DNA from: Squalus acanthias
Taxonomy: Eukaryota
DNA: 64,000 nucleotides
NCBI GenBank assembly: GCA_030390025.1
Contig: CM059437.1
Coordinates: 19,654,001 to 19,718,000 of the forward strand
Direction of reading: 5' to 3'
Made by a program: the position numbers and the translations under genes. The notes beneath the pieces were generated by a model. The model worked only from the letters and a program-made list of their open reading frames with translations, was not told the origin of the DNA and searched no databases. This document shows positions 51,306 through 64,000 of the stretch, one piece after another; within the stretch, counting starts at the first letter, position 1, and every line of letters starts with the position of its first letter.

Positions 51306-52336
51306 ACTGAAGAGGGAAAAGGTGGCTGTACAAATGTGAAGAAATTGTTTGAGATTTAACAGCTGAGTTTGATGTATTTGCTGGCCTGTGATTGGTAGCT
51401 CTGAAAAAAAGAAATGGCGAGATTTGATTGATTAATTTTCTGCTGGTTACTCATTCCTCATTGGTACTTTTTGCTTAGTTCACATTTGGTCAATTGGATA
51501 TTTGATTGGTAATTTAATAGATAAGTACTCATTTTACAGATGTCCAATGGTTTGATGGCCTGACGTATAACCCGTAACTTTCAAATGTAACACCGTTGAA
51601 AGATGCAATGCAATGGATAGACTCTAGACCAAGGGTTTTAATGATATAGACATACCAGGAAGAACTTCTTTAATCAGCATGATAAATGCTTGGTTTCTGC
51701 AGGGAAGGATAGTAGAGGCAAAAACATTGGTGATGTTCAACATACACTTGCATGCTAAGAGAGCATTAGAGGTCAAAATGGCCTTTCCTCATCCTTGAAT
51801 TTTTCATCTGTTTTATGACATTTTTCCAGTTGCTAAATGAACAATTCTGAGGCCTCTCTGAGTGAGATTGTGATTTTAGTGACAAACTGTGGCAATTTTT
51901 CAGCTGTGGACCCATGCTTACTCGGAACTGCATTGAAAATGCCCAAACCTTTTACAACCAGCAGATAGAGGAAACTTTCAGCTGACCAGTCTAGTCCCTG
52001 ATGTGAAAGTCCATTTTTTAACCTAATGCACAATGCAATAGCCTATATCGATTCAAATTATATAATACTTGTATTTAGGCTTGTCTTCACACTTTAAGTG
52101 CTGTATTAATAAATATGTTAATTTAATGGGTGGAACATCAAAAGCTGTTCACGTGCAGTTTCAGTGACACTCCCTGCAGATGATGCTCCCCACTATCAAA
52201 AGTGTAGTTGCAAAAAGGCCCGATTTATAAGACGGCAAAATTCAGGAAACCTTGAAAATGCTGAAAATCAGACCTTGTCCTTGGACATTAAATAGCCTAA
52301 ATTTGCTTTGTGTGTGCAGTCTGGCAACATTGTAGA

Positions 52337-52905
52337 CTCTTCTTTCGTATGGTAGTAGCAAAGCAAATCAAATGTCAATATCCAAGTTGGATATCCAGGC
52401 CAAAGCTTCCGGTGTAACAGCGTGGAAATCTTGTAGGCTGTCTGCAAATTTCCTCTGAGGGCAGTGCTCCATGATGTGCTCCAGGGTCGGACTACAGTCA
52501 CATGATGGGGATGCTTTAATCTTCCATCTATGGAGAAGGTGGCAGCATCTACCATGACCAGAGGCGGTTGATGGTTGTCCACTGTTTGCGAGGAAGGTTT
52601 GATCCTTCAGGTTGTACTGTGGGGTCCTCTATAAGGAATTCATTCCGTATGTTGCAGTTCTTCCAAGCATTTCGCCATCGGTCATCAAGGCGAAGGGGAG
52701 ATCGCTAAAGGGCTTCGGCGACAGTCCAAAATGGCCTTCTAGATTTGAGACGGGTTGGTGGTAGGTTGTTAAGGCGGCCTGGATTGGCATCTTTGCTGGT
52801 GTAGCGGTTATATTCTCTGGAGACTGCATATTCGCGGTGGTGGTGGTGCAATGTTTGCAAGCACGGGCAGCCAAGGTGTTGCTGTCGATAAAAGCGTACC
52901 GATGA
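52337..52905 (-). mobile_element. Vingi / I-group non-LTR retrotransposon 3' fragment
   Basis: Across frameshifts: PWLPVLANIAPP, DPTVQPEGSNLPRKQWTTINRL, GHGRCCHLLHRWKIKASPSCDCSPTLEHIMEHCPQRKF...EALAWISNLDIDI-stop (CCHC finger); short tail CCATACGAAAGAAGA. Confidence 0.65.
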
Positions 52906-52919
52906 TGATTCTCAGTCAT

Positions 52920-53203
52920 AGATTAACTTGTCCCATTACCATCTCCTTTTGCCTTGCACCATCTCTTAATGCCTTCCATCCTATCACAGACCTTCCCTTT
53001 GGTTCTTTCCCCCCCTTTCCCTGCCTCTGCACTTGCTTAAAAACCTGTTCGATCTCCAGCTTTTTCCAGTTCTGACGAAGGGTCATCGACCTGAAACGGT
53101 AACTCTGTTTCTCTCTCCACAGATGCTGCCTTACCTGCTGAGTATTTCCAGCATTTTCTGTTTTTATTTCAGATTTCCAGCATCCGCAGTATTTTACTTT
53201 TGC
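52920..53203 (+). mobile_element. Penelope-like element terminal repeat with hammerhead-like motif
   Basis: ccagttctgacgaagggtcatcgacctgaaac...ctctccacagatgctgcc...gagtatttccagcattttctgtttttatttcagatttccagcatccgcagta. Confidence 0.75.
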
Positions 53204-53482
53204 TCTGTACCATGTCCACTTGTTTGTGTGCGCTTTCCAGGAAAAATGAAAGGATTGCTGTTGATCAGCTGTTCCCTACACTACAAACTGCTCTTCAGTC
53301 TCAAATGACTGTGTGAACTGCTTATGCTGAGCTATTAATCAGTGTTTATAGCAGGTTCCAAGAGGCCTAAATCTGTAGGCTCAGCAGTTGGCACAGTCAT
53401 ACCCAAAGAGCAGTGGTTCTGGTTCCTCCATGCTAGGACCAGAGTGTCAAACAAGACTGGCCTGTTTTACAGGGTGCATGGG

Positions 53483-53885
53483 AACAGGAGTAGGCCATTC
53501 AGCCCCTTGAACCTGTTCTGCCATTCAATTAGATCCTGGCTGATCTGTATCTCAGCTCCATCTATCCATCTTGGTTCCATAACTCTTAATACCCTTACCT
53601 AACAAAAACCTATCAATCTCAGTTTTGAAATTTTCAATTGACCTAGCCACAATAGCTTTTTGGGAGAGTTCCAGATTTACACTACCCTTTGGGTGAAAAA
53701 CTGCTTCCTGCCATCACCTTTGAATGTCCTAGCTTTGATTTTGAGGTTATGCCCCCTTGTTCTGGACTCCCCTACCAGAGGAAGTAGTTTCTCTCTCTCT
53801 ACCTGATCAACTCCATTAATCATCTTAAACACCTCAACTGGATTACCTCTTAATCTTCTATATTCAAGGGAATACAAGCCTATGC
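53483..53885 (-). mobile_element. CR1 LINE 3' fragment
   Basis: LYSLEYRRLRGNPVEVFKMINGVDQVEREKLLPLVGESRTRGHNLK. Confidence 0.85.
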
Positions 53886-55614
53886 AGTGCAGTTTGTTTC
53901 ATGGTATTCCGAAGATGATATGATCTAATGATCAAAAGAGCCCAGAGGTGAAGCAACAATGTAACATTTAGAATTGAAGCTGAGAGAAAAGTCTAGTTCA
54001 GCTAAACTACTGGGCCAATCAGGGATACAGGTAGGCTGATTGACAAGTTGTTTAAGATCATTTGTAATAGAAAATAACCTGTATTAATTCCAGTCTCATC
54101 AGTGGAAGACGAGAAACTGAACCGTTGGAGATGGTGAACACCAAAATCTTAAGAAAGGTGATTTAAGCACAAGGGAAGCTAAAAGATTTGATTTTGTTTG
54201 AAAGAAAGTTAAAAAAAGTTATCAAGGTTAGGAGAATATTAGAGACAGCAGATGAATTAAGTAAGGTGAAGAAGTTAAAGTCAGGTGATTCAAGGAACCT
54301 AAAGTGAGCAGCAGGAATGACCAAGCAAATAAATGCATATACCTCCTTCGGATCAGAAGTTAGAGTAAAAAGAGTTGAGGAAATTTGGAGGACGAAGAGT
54401 CATGAAAATTGAAATTTGGATTTCAATCATACAGGAGATGAGGGTGGTGAGATAGAAATGGGCAGAACTGAGATGTGAGGAGATGAAATGAATATTACCG
54501 AAGTGCATGAGTGAGAAGAGGAAGCAGTAATTGTTCTGGGCAATGCTTTGTATATCTCAGAAACTGTGATTGTGGTGATTTTTATATCTTGCATATGGCT
54601 CATAATGTTGATGAGAAAAAAAGCAAAGACCAAGGACTGCCAATGTAATAAAATAAGAGGTAGATGGAGCCCATATGTTGTGCTATGTGGCTGATTGGTG
54701 ACCATAATAATGTTCCTCAGACAAAACTGCAAGACACCTATCTGGTCTTGAACTGACAATGCAGTTATATTGAGATTTTCTCATGCTGATTGGGAAACTT
54801 GCCAAAGTGCTACCAATGTCTTCAGCCTCCTAACTATCAAGTACCCATATTGTAGAGCTGCATTTGACCACAGTACCTCCCACTAGGAGAAGTCTTCCTA
54901 ACACCTTGAACAGTGATGGGGCAAAGAGGTGAGTTGAGGAAGATTTTTAAAAAGAGCAGTGAGGAAAACTAATGAATGAAGAGAGGAGAAACTGAAATGG
55001 TGGTGAGTGGAAGGAAGGCAAGTAGGGTAACTGGATAAAAAGGGCTTGGTATCCACCCTTTGGAGAATGGAACAACCTTGTTGAGATTAAGCAGGAATTG
55101 GGAGAAGTATTACTATCCCAAGTGTCCAAAAACAAATCTACCACCTATCGGGCTGGAGCTGAACTGGATGGGAGTGTATGCATTAATTCTCGGTTTATAT
55201 ATGTAAGCATATTCAAAACTACCCAACAGCTACAAATACGGCATATGAAATAAATCACCCACACAACAAATTTTGCACACATTTTTTGTAGTTTAAGGCA
55301 CAGTTTTTTTTTCCCCCACAGCAGGCAAATGTTAAAGTTGGCCCAATTAACATAAGACAGGATTATACCAGACACATTTTAAATAAACTGTTCAAAGCAA
55401 GATATGTACACTTTTATAACAATACTTGGTATTCACTACAAATTATGAGGCACTTGCTGAATTAAATGAGATTTTTATAATTCTCATAAAAAATACCCAC
55501 TGTTCCTTTTCTATCAGAAAGAAAACTAGCACCCTTAGGTATCATGAATAACAATGCAATATCAAACCGTTATAATACAGATTAGTAGAACAACAAACTG
55601 TACATGGTGAGAAA

Positions 55615-55905
55615 CATAGTAATAGCTATTCAGTCAGGTGGATCTGTGTTGCTGTTATTCATGTGTGAGACCCTGACAGCAAGTGACAGGAGGCAGTTCA
55701 ACCACAGGGAGCATCACAATCAAAGGCTGTTGTCCACATTCATGCACTACCAGCAGGAGTTGCTGGATGGTGATCAGCAGCAGGAACCCATGCCTATTTC
55801 TCCCTTCCCTAACTTGAAGCACTGAGGCCAATTGTAGTTCGGCCCCTATCTGGCTAAGATCAACTAATTCAGGGTAGGCTATGTGGCTAAATTCGCTGAA
55901 CTATC
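55615..55905 (-). mobile_element. LF-SINE-like SINE
   Basis: cactgaggccaattgtag...ggctaagatcaactaattcag. Confidence 0.6.
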
Positions 55906-58900
55906 AGGCGATGACTTGGGTCATTCTTGAATACCTCCAAACCGCTAGTTACAGAGTAGCTAGCTGTTAGCTGAAGTTCTGGGAGCAAGTTGCCCCTGGC
56001 AGATCTCTATATAACTTAAAAAAAAAATTTTTTTGTCCAATTGTACTATAAATTTTAATGTGTTGACTTTTATTGTAGGGCGATAAGTACTTTAAAGGAA
56101 GTTTTAATTTAGACTGAAAAACAATAATCTCATCAGGGCTCATCATTACACAATATATTTAAACATTGCTTAACAAAATAAATTTGCTACTGAGCTAGGG
56201 ACAGAAACAGCCATCTGAGTGAATGCTAATCCAGTTATAAGTACAGATTTTGAATAGGATAACAGACAGAATTATTCCACAAGAAGACATGCATTTTATG
56301 GATGATGCTAACTGATGTGGGCAAGTCACATTGCTCTGGAGGGTCAGATATTTGCACTATTAGAAACATTTGCGGATTTAATTTTTTTCAGGTGATCTGA
56401 CATTTGGCACGAGATTCTAATGCCTGTCAATATTTAAGTGACATTATCTTTTACCTCTGTAAATGTTTTTTTAAGGCAGGTTCATTCCACGACTTATGAC
56501 CTTTTTATGTTGACTTTAGTATCAGATGATACAGGCCAAAGCTGGTTGTGTGTCCCAGATTACCAGAGACCTATTTCTCAGCAATTTTACCAGTCACAAA
56601 TCTCAAATAGGCGCAGCGATTACAAGTGACGTAGAATGACACGATAACATTATGTATAATAAAATCATTACATTGTGACTCTTGCAAAAAACAGCACAAT
56701 GGCAGATTCATCCAAATGCAAAGAACTGAGAGTGGAAACTAGTCTAGAGAAACTGGCCAGCAGTTTCATTGCATCCGGTTCGTCACCATCCAATAACCAG
56801 AGAAAACACTCAGCATTTAGACAGGAAATACTTTTAAGTTTCTAAAAAACTGCATCAGATGCCATGACTCAAGGTTTCATGTTATTGAAGTGGCATCTCA
56901 TTTATTTGTTTTTCTTTGAAAATAACTAAACAGTTGGAATGACAGAGTTTGTGCCGTATTAGTGGACTGAATCACCATAAAATTAAATGTGCCATCCAAT
57001 GGGCACACTGCCTCAGTAGAACTAGACTCCGCACTAGAAGCGAAGCCTCGCAAAATGACCTGTGGTAACACTTTTCAGCTTCCTGTATGACATCACTTCC
57101 TGTAATCAGTCCAGGATAAATACTGGACTGATCAGTTAGCTCTGGAAGAGGCATAGGGTAAGACCTCTTTTGTATGCAGCACCGTTTTAAGTTGATTAAA
57201 GCTTACATTAAGTTTACCACGCGTAAGGCTCATTCTTACGACATGACCCTTCTATTATCAGTGCAGGGATAAATTAATTGAGTCACTCCCATCACTACAC
57301 CAGTATTATGTTAATAGTCTAACATTTTCATCAATAAATAGATCACTAAAATGTTGTCTCCCCCCCCCCCATTTCCACAGTAAAGATTTCCACTGACGTG
57401 GTCTTTGTGGTAAATAAAAGTCTCCCAAAAGCGAAGAGAACTGAAGCCAAACCGAAATTTCCTTTTTTTGTGTGCATCATCCTTGTCTACAACTAAATGA
57501 GGGTTGGATAAAGAGTAGGATTTGAAAGCTCTCAAACAGCACAGAGTTTAAAAGTAATTTGTTAATTCTTTGAAATGGTATCACCAGAAGATAGCAATGA
57601 CACCCAGATTGAAGTGTTTGGCATTTTCATTCCTGTGATTAAAACAACTTGTTTCACAATTACACAACCATCAATTTAAGACCTTGAGGAGGGGAGAAGG
57701 AATTTGATACTTAAAATACTAATGGAGAAAAGTAAAAACAATGCACGCTGGACCTAAAGATTGAGTTGCATTAATTCTATAGCCTTATTTTATTTTTCCT
57801 AACATTCTACATGTTCGGACAGGTATTGGCTTATCTGTGGCAATGGCTTGTCTGTTTGAAGGCAGACTTGTTCCTCAGTACCTTGAAATTCATTTACTAA
57901 TTGATTATAAAATACAGTGTATACAAACTGGTATCACCGTGGTTCCATGATGAGATCATGAAAGCCTGCTATCACCACCAAAAAATAAATTGCCAAAATG
58001 GAATAAAAATCTCCCACCTGTACTTATTGTATAGAATAGCACAAACTGTTTAAGGATATAATGCATCTTGGATTGAAGACATTTCTCTCAGATTAAGTGA
58101 TTTATTAATGCTTTGTGCCTCTCTAAATATAAATATCTTAAATGATTATCAGCACATAATGTTATCAGTTTAAAAAAAAACCTGAGATGATAAGCTGTTC
58201 TGTTGGAAGGAGGATACTTCTCATCATGCCAGAGATCCCTCACAGGCCACCATCTTTTTGGTGAACGACATCAGTTCCCCTTCCCTGGAGCAGGCAGGAT
58301 CACGTCAGTGTCTACCACAACCCACTTGCCAATTAGAAGGAGCAGCAAAACCAGATGCTGCCGACCTCTCGGGCAAAGTCAATTGTGCCTTTCAAAAATT
58401 AAAAAAAAATTGGATCATCTGGGATCTGCCAGTCAACTACCCTATGTCTCAGAGGTTCCCCCCTCCCCCACCACCTTTGCTAAGGCCAGATGAGAAACAA
58501 ATTGAGGTAGGATGCCTTTCATAACTTCACACCACCAGTAATGATCTGACTCTAGTTGTCTCGCCAGTTTAATTTGTACAGATTTCCAATCAAACAGTGT
58601 AGTATTCAACCAATTTACAATTGCACCAGTCTCAGCCTGGGATCTCTACAGTATGCCCTCTGGGGAGATCTCATTCCGAGATCATTTTCGAAATTGGGGT
58701 CTCATGCTTAGATGCCAGTCTGTTCTGCCATCCCCTGGCCTCCAGGAACTGCAAACAGGGTCTTTAAACTCAACAGTCCTACAATAACTCCATCAGGCCA
58801 AATAGCACAGTTGCAAATTATACTGACTCTCTCAAACAACAGAGTGCATAGCTCTAACCAGCAGCTAAGCTTTTAGCTATTTCTTTATGATCTACATTTA

Positions 58901-59479
58901 GAAGCGATATAATCCTGTCACTCCCACACTGCTCCCTACTTTCTTTACAGATGAGGGTAATACAAAGTCAAGGTTGTCGATCCACCATTCTTCCTTATGC
59001 AAGGAATTCAGAATTGCAGGAACAACTGGTCACAGAGAGCTTTATAGAGCTCTGTTAAAAGTCAATTTCCTCCAAACAGAAGGTCTAGGTATAGCCTTTT
59101 GTATCTCTTTCAACGAAATTGTCCTCCCAAGACTGCTTCAATTTTCCTCAGTTCAGCTCAGTGTGGCAACATTGTGACCTCCAATAGACTGCACTTTGTG
59201 TTCAATCTTCCTCAGAATCAACTGAACTCCTCCTCATCACTCCGAGGTCCTCAGTGGTCCTCCTGGACAATCTGAATGAGAGCTGATTACTCAACTTTTT
59301 TGATGAGCCTGGTAGCAAGCTTGCCTGTGCCCTTTCTCATTACAATTGACCTCTTTTCATTAAAACTTACTAATCCTTTAGCTATCATTTACCACAAAAG
59401 ATCAATATCCTGTAAAAGACAGAAATGTTATTGACTTTAAAACTTTAATCACATTATTGGAGCTCTCATTCACTTTGGT

Positions 59480-59485
59480 TTTATT
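59480..59485 (-). terminator. NAGS: Candidate NAGS polyadenylation signal
   Basis: TTTATT on + (AATAAA on -), about 210 nt past the stop codon. Confidence 0.4.
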
Positions 59486-59693
59486 CACTACAGTTACTGT
59501 AAATAGAAATGTTCCCTCTTCCACCATAATGGAATTTGAAGGTAATGAATCCCATTAGGCTTCTTGAAAAGAAGTTCACAGCAACTGGCTATGCCAAAGA
59601 CAAGAAACTGAGGCATGTCTAACCTTAGGGTAGCAATTTTTTTTTTTTACACATGGATGAAAAAGGAAAAATTAGCACAGCAAGTGATGAGAT

Positions 59694-59853
59694 TTATTTT
59701 TCCGCAGCAGAAGAGGTCTGCTGATTTACAAAGGAATCAGGTAAACTTTCTGCATGGTCCACCAGTTCATAAGAGTCACGCATATTAGTCAGGCCGTACC
59801 AAAATACTATCCACTGTCCAGTTGTAAAGCTTCCATCGCACTGCTTGAAATAC
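59694..59853 (-). CDS. NAGS: N-acetylglutamate synthase, last coding exon (C-terminal NAT domain); upstream exons lie beyond the window
   Basis: Minus strand tgtgcag|G TAT TTC...: (W)[52 protein letters not shown]-stop, matching human NAGS [42 protein letters not shown]. Convergent with TMEM101, as in human. Confidence 0.93.
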
Positions 59854-60221
59854 CTGCACAAGAAAAAGGCATGTCCATTGGTTGTGAACTGAAGTAGCTA
59901 CAAAATGCACATCAACTCTCCAGAAAAAACGAATCAAAACGAGAAACAAGTGAATGAAAACAAGAAAAAGTCAGGAATATGAAAAAGGATGAGGTAAAAC
60001 AATGAGAAAGAAGCACAGTTATTCACAACACTTCTTTCTGAAGTGCAGCATTTAATCACTGTTGCACCAGTCAGGGCGTCGTTCTACAATGACAGGCACA
60101 TTGTAATACTAATTGGAAAATAAAATCCAAGACTGTGTTTTGGAACGTGTGACATGTTTTAATTAATCTATATAATGGCAGTCCTGATCGAGAGAAACTA
60201 TGTGAAGAAACGACTTAAAAA

Positions 60222-63010
60222 TCTGGTACTGAGACATGCAGACAAGGAAAGTCCCCGGTTGAATACACAGCCTCTCCTGAGCCTACTCAGCCATGGTACC
60301 AGTAGGGGTCGTTAGAATTGGCCACAAATTGTCTCGATTACACGGAGTGTTTGGGGGGGGTGAATTAAAAAAAATATATATTTGTTCGTGGGATGTGGGC
60401 GTCGCTGGCAAGGCCAGCATTTATTGCCCATCCCTAATTGCCCTCGAGAAGGTGGTGGTGTGCCACCTTCTTGAACCGCTGCAGTCCGTGTGGTGAAGGT
60501 GCTCCCACAGCACTGTTAGGGAGGGAGTTCCAGGATTTTGACCCAGCGACGATGAAGGATCGGCGATATACTTCCAAGTCAGGATGGTGTGTGATTGGAG
60601 GGGAACTTGGATGTGGTGGTGTTCCCATGCGCCTGCTGCTCTTGTCCTTCTAGGCGGAAGAGGTCACGGGTTTGGGAGGTGCTGCCAAAGACTTGGCGAG
60701 TTGCTGCAGTGCACCTTGTAGATGGTACAAGTGGTGGAGGGAGTGAATGTTTAAGGTGGTGGATGGGGTGCCAATCAAGCGGGCTGTTTTGTCCTGGATG
60801 GTGTCAAGCTCCTTGAATGTTGTTGGAGCTGCACTCATCCAGGCAAGTGGAGAGTATTCCATCACACTCCTGACTTGTACCTTGTAGATGGTGGAAAGGC
60901 TTTGGGGAGTCAGGAGGTGAGACACTCGCCGCAGACTACCAAGCCTCTGACCTGCTCTTGTTGCCACAGTATTTATGTGGCTGGTCCAGTTAAGTTTCTG
61001 GTCAATGGTGACCCCCAGGATGTTGATGGTGGGGGAGTCGGCGATGGTAATGCCGTTGAATGTCAAGGGGTGGTGGTTAGACTCTCGCTTGTTGGGAGAT
61101 AGTCATTGCCTGTCACTTCTGTGGCGTGAATGTTACCTGCCACTTATCATCCCAAACCTGATCATCCAGGTCTTGTTGCATGCGGGCATGGACTGCTTCA
61201 TTATCTGAGGAGTTGTGAATGGCACTGAACACTGTGCAGTCATCAGCGAACATCCCCATTTCTGACCTTATGTTGGAGGGAAGGTCATTGATGAAGCAGC
61301 TAAAGATGGTTGGGCCTAGGACACTGCCCTGAAAACTTCTGCAGCGATGTCCTGGGGCTGTGATGATTGACCTCCAACCACCACAACCATCTTCCTTTGT
61401 GCTACGTATGACTCCAGCCAGTGGAGAGTTTCCCCCCGATTCCCATTGACTTCAGTTTTACTCGGGCTCCTTGATGCCACACTCGGTCAAAGGCTGCCTT
61501 GATGTCAAGGGCAGTCACTCTCACCTCTGGAATTCAGCTCCTTTGTCCATGTTTGGACCAAGGCTGTAATGAGGTCGGGAGCCGAGTGGTCTTGGCGGAA
61601 CCCAAACTGGGCATCAGTGAGCAGGTTATTGGTGAGTAAGTGCCGCTTGATAGCACTGTTGATGACACCTTCCATCACTTTGCTGATGATTGAGAGTAGA
61701 CTGATGGGGCGGTAATTGGCCAGATTGGATTTGTCCTGCTTTTTGTGGACAGGACATACCTGGGCAGTTTTCCACATTGTCGGATAGATGCCAGTGTTGT
61801 AGCTGTACTGGAACAGCTTGGCTAGAGGCGCGGCTAGTTCTGGAGCACAAGTCTTCAGCACGACAGCCGGGATGTTGTCAGGGCCTATAACCTTTGCTGT
61901 ATCCAGTGCACTCAGCCGTTTCTTGATATCTCGTGAAGTGAATCAATTGGCTGAAGACTGACTTCTGTGATGGTGGGGACCTCAGGAGGAGGCCGATATG
62001 GATCATCCACTTGGCACTTCTGGCTGAAGATGGTTGCAAATGCTTCAGCCTTGTCTTTTGCACTCGCGTGCTGGGCTCCACCATCATTGAGGATGGGGAT
62101 ATTCATGGAGCCTCCTCCTCCCGTTAGTTGTTTAATGGTCCACCACCATTCACGACTGGATGTGGCAGGACTGCAGAGTTTTGATCTGATCTGTTGATTG
62201 TGGGATTGCTTAGCCCTATCTATAGCATGCTGCTTTCGCTTTTTAGCATGCATTTAGTCCTGTGTTGCAGCTTCCTCAGGTTGGCACCTCATTTTTAGGT
62301 ACGCCTGGTGCTGCTCCTGGCATGCTCTTCTACACTCCTTATTGAACCAGGGTTGGTCCCCTGGCTTAATGGTAATGGTAGAGTGAGGGATATGCTGGGC
62401 CATGAGGTTACAGATTGTGGTGGAATACAATTCTGCTGCTGCTGATGGCCCACAGCATCTCATGGATGCCCAGTTTTGAGCTGCTAGATCTGTTCTGAGT
62501 CTATCCCATTTAGCACAGTGGTAGTGTCACTCAACACGATGGAGGGTGTCCTCAGTGTGAAGACGGGACTTCGTCTCCACAATGACTGTGCGGTGGTCAC
62601 GGCTACCAATGCTGTCATGGACAGAGGCATCTGCGACAGGCGAGGACGAGGTCAAGTAGGTTTTTCCCTCGTGTTGGTTCTCTCGCCACCTGTCGCGGGC
62701 CCAGACTGGCAGCTATGTCCTTCACGACTCGGCCAGCTCGGTCAGTAGTGGTGCTACCGAGCCACTCTTGGTGATAGACAATCCAACCAGACATCCTGCT
62801 CCTAGCCACTAACAGTGACTGCTGCTGGAAAGTTGACGTGCGAATGTCAGCTGAGAACAGCACTGTGAAGCTGCTCATGATCAAAGAGTTCATTAACACC
62901 CACTGCCTAGAGTCACGTATAAAGAATGGGCAGTTGAACACAATACCAGAGGGCTGTTAGCAGTAAGGGACTGTACCTCAGCATAAATAAAATGAGAAAA
63001 TTGGGAGGAA
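60222..63010 (+). mobile_element. LF-SINE-like SINE split by the LINE (halves about 60222-60370 and 62780-63010)
   Basis: The 5' half ends at its G/A run (gggggtgaattaaaa). The 3' half resumes with aatccaaccag...cctgctcct...cagtgactgctgctggaaagt, the next block in intact copies such as 32890-32950. Confidence 0.7.
60378..62779 (-). mobile_element. CR1-group LINE, 5'-truncated, about 2.4 kb, in the last NAGS intron
   Basis: RT remnants LKTCAPELAAPLAKLFQYSYNTGIYP...NYRPISLLSIISKVME...AQFGFRQ and ILGVTIDQKLNWTSHIN...RSVMEYSPLAW; several frameshifts. Confidence 0.9.
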
Positions 63011-64000
63011 AAAAAAATCTACTCGTCCAGATTTAATTGAACAAACACTGGTTCTAGATCAAGATCCCAAAAGAGAACATAGGATCTGAATCTGTCGTGC
63101 CCTTTCTGTAACTGGCTGGAGTTACAAGAATTTTGTTTTGCATATTTTGTTACAATTTGGTTGATTAACAGTCAAGCCCGCTTGTACGTGGCATCGACTT
63201 GCCAAAATCGCATTCAGGTGGCTGTTGCATACAAGCAGGCTTACCTCTATAAATTAGTTTCTATGCCATTCTGGCTATCCAGTTCTGTCTGTGCCACTCA
63301 GTCTCTGCTTCGGTTTGCTGATGTTGTCTGTACGTTACGCAAGTAAACATAACAGAAGATTAAGAAAAGCCAGACAGAGGCAGGAGGAACAAGAGTGGCA
63401 GAAGAAAAGGAAGAAAGACATTAGCAGAAGCAGGGGGAAATGAGGAAGGTAGCAGCAAAGACCAAGGGGAACAGGAAGAGTGAGGGGTGCAAAAGAGACA
63501 GAACGGCAGTGGCAGAGGAATGGGTGAACTGGCAACAGAATTGTTTGAATAGTGCCTGCCATAGCTCAATGGCGAAGTGCACTGCGCTATTTTTAGCTTG
63601 GTTCCTTTAGTTCTATGTAGTATTTGCTATTTAATCTAAATTTGAAACCCAGTTTCTAATTTAATAACTTTCATTAGTTTTTAGCAACAAGCTGATGGCC
63701 TGTAGTATTGCTCAGGGGTAGTCTGTGATGGGAGCGTGGTTAAGCATTCTTACTAACACAGAATAGCAGGCGGTCAGAAAGCAGTGCATAGCGTGGAGGG
63801 TGGGAGGGGGCAGGGAGTGCAGCACAGCAGCAGGGGGTACTGAATTTTAAAATCAAAATGTTTGGGCCTTGAGGATAAATAGAGACCTACCTGTTTTAAT
63901 AGTACTGGAATGCAAAGAACCATGGCAGCAACTGTTCTGAGAATTTTTGTTCCTGGATCTGATTTCCACTCAGAAGACTGTATTTGGGATGTGTCTTTAA

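Overview
Eukaryotic, intron-containing vertebrate DNA, most likely a cartilaginous fish (shark), judged from its repeat content: an HE1/V-SINE tail, abundant Deu-domain (SacSINE1/AmnSINE1-like) SINEs, LF-SINE-like SINEs, CR1, L2, RTE, Vingi-like and Penelope retroelements, and Harbinger-type DNA transposons. Three genes are supported. (1) An uncharacterised single-coding-exon LRR transmembrane gene (+, 19578-20650) whose frame is broken by a 1-nt shift near 20405. (2) TMEM101 (+, 4 coding exons, 30628-39173, 255 aa) with a CpG-island promoter and a probable long 3' UTR. (3) The last coding exon of NAGS (-, 59694-59853), tail-to-tail with TMEM101 as in human. Most other ORFs in the track are TE fragments or noise. 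Best leads: the frameshifted LRR gene, a recursive-splice-like AG|GTAAGA junction in TMEM101 exon 3, a family of Harbinger-type MITEs (with a decayed transposase) that supplies hairpins to the TMEM101 intron and 3' UTR, and a Penelope minimal hammerhead motif. I cannot support a wholly new biological system from sequence alone. Repeat boundaries are approximate, and family names come from recalled consensus features, not database searches.
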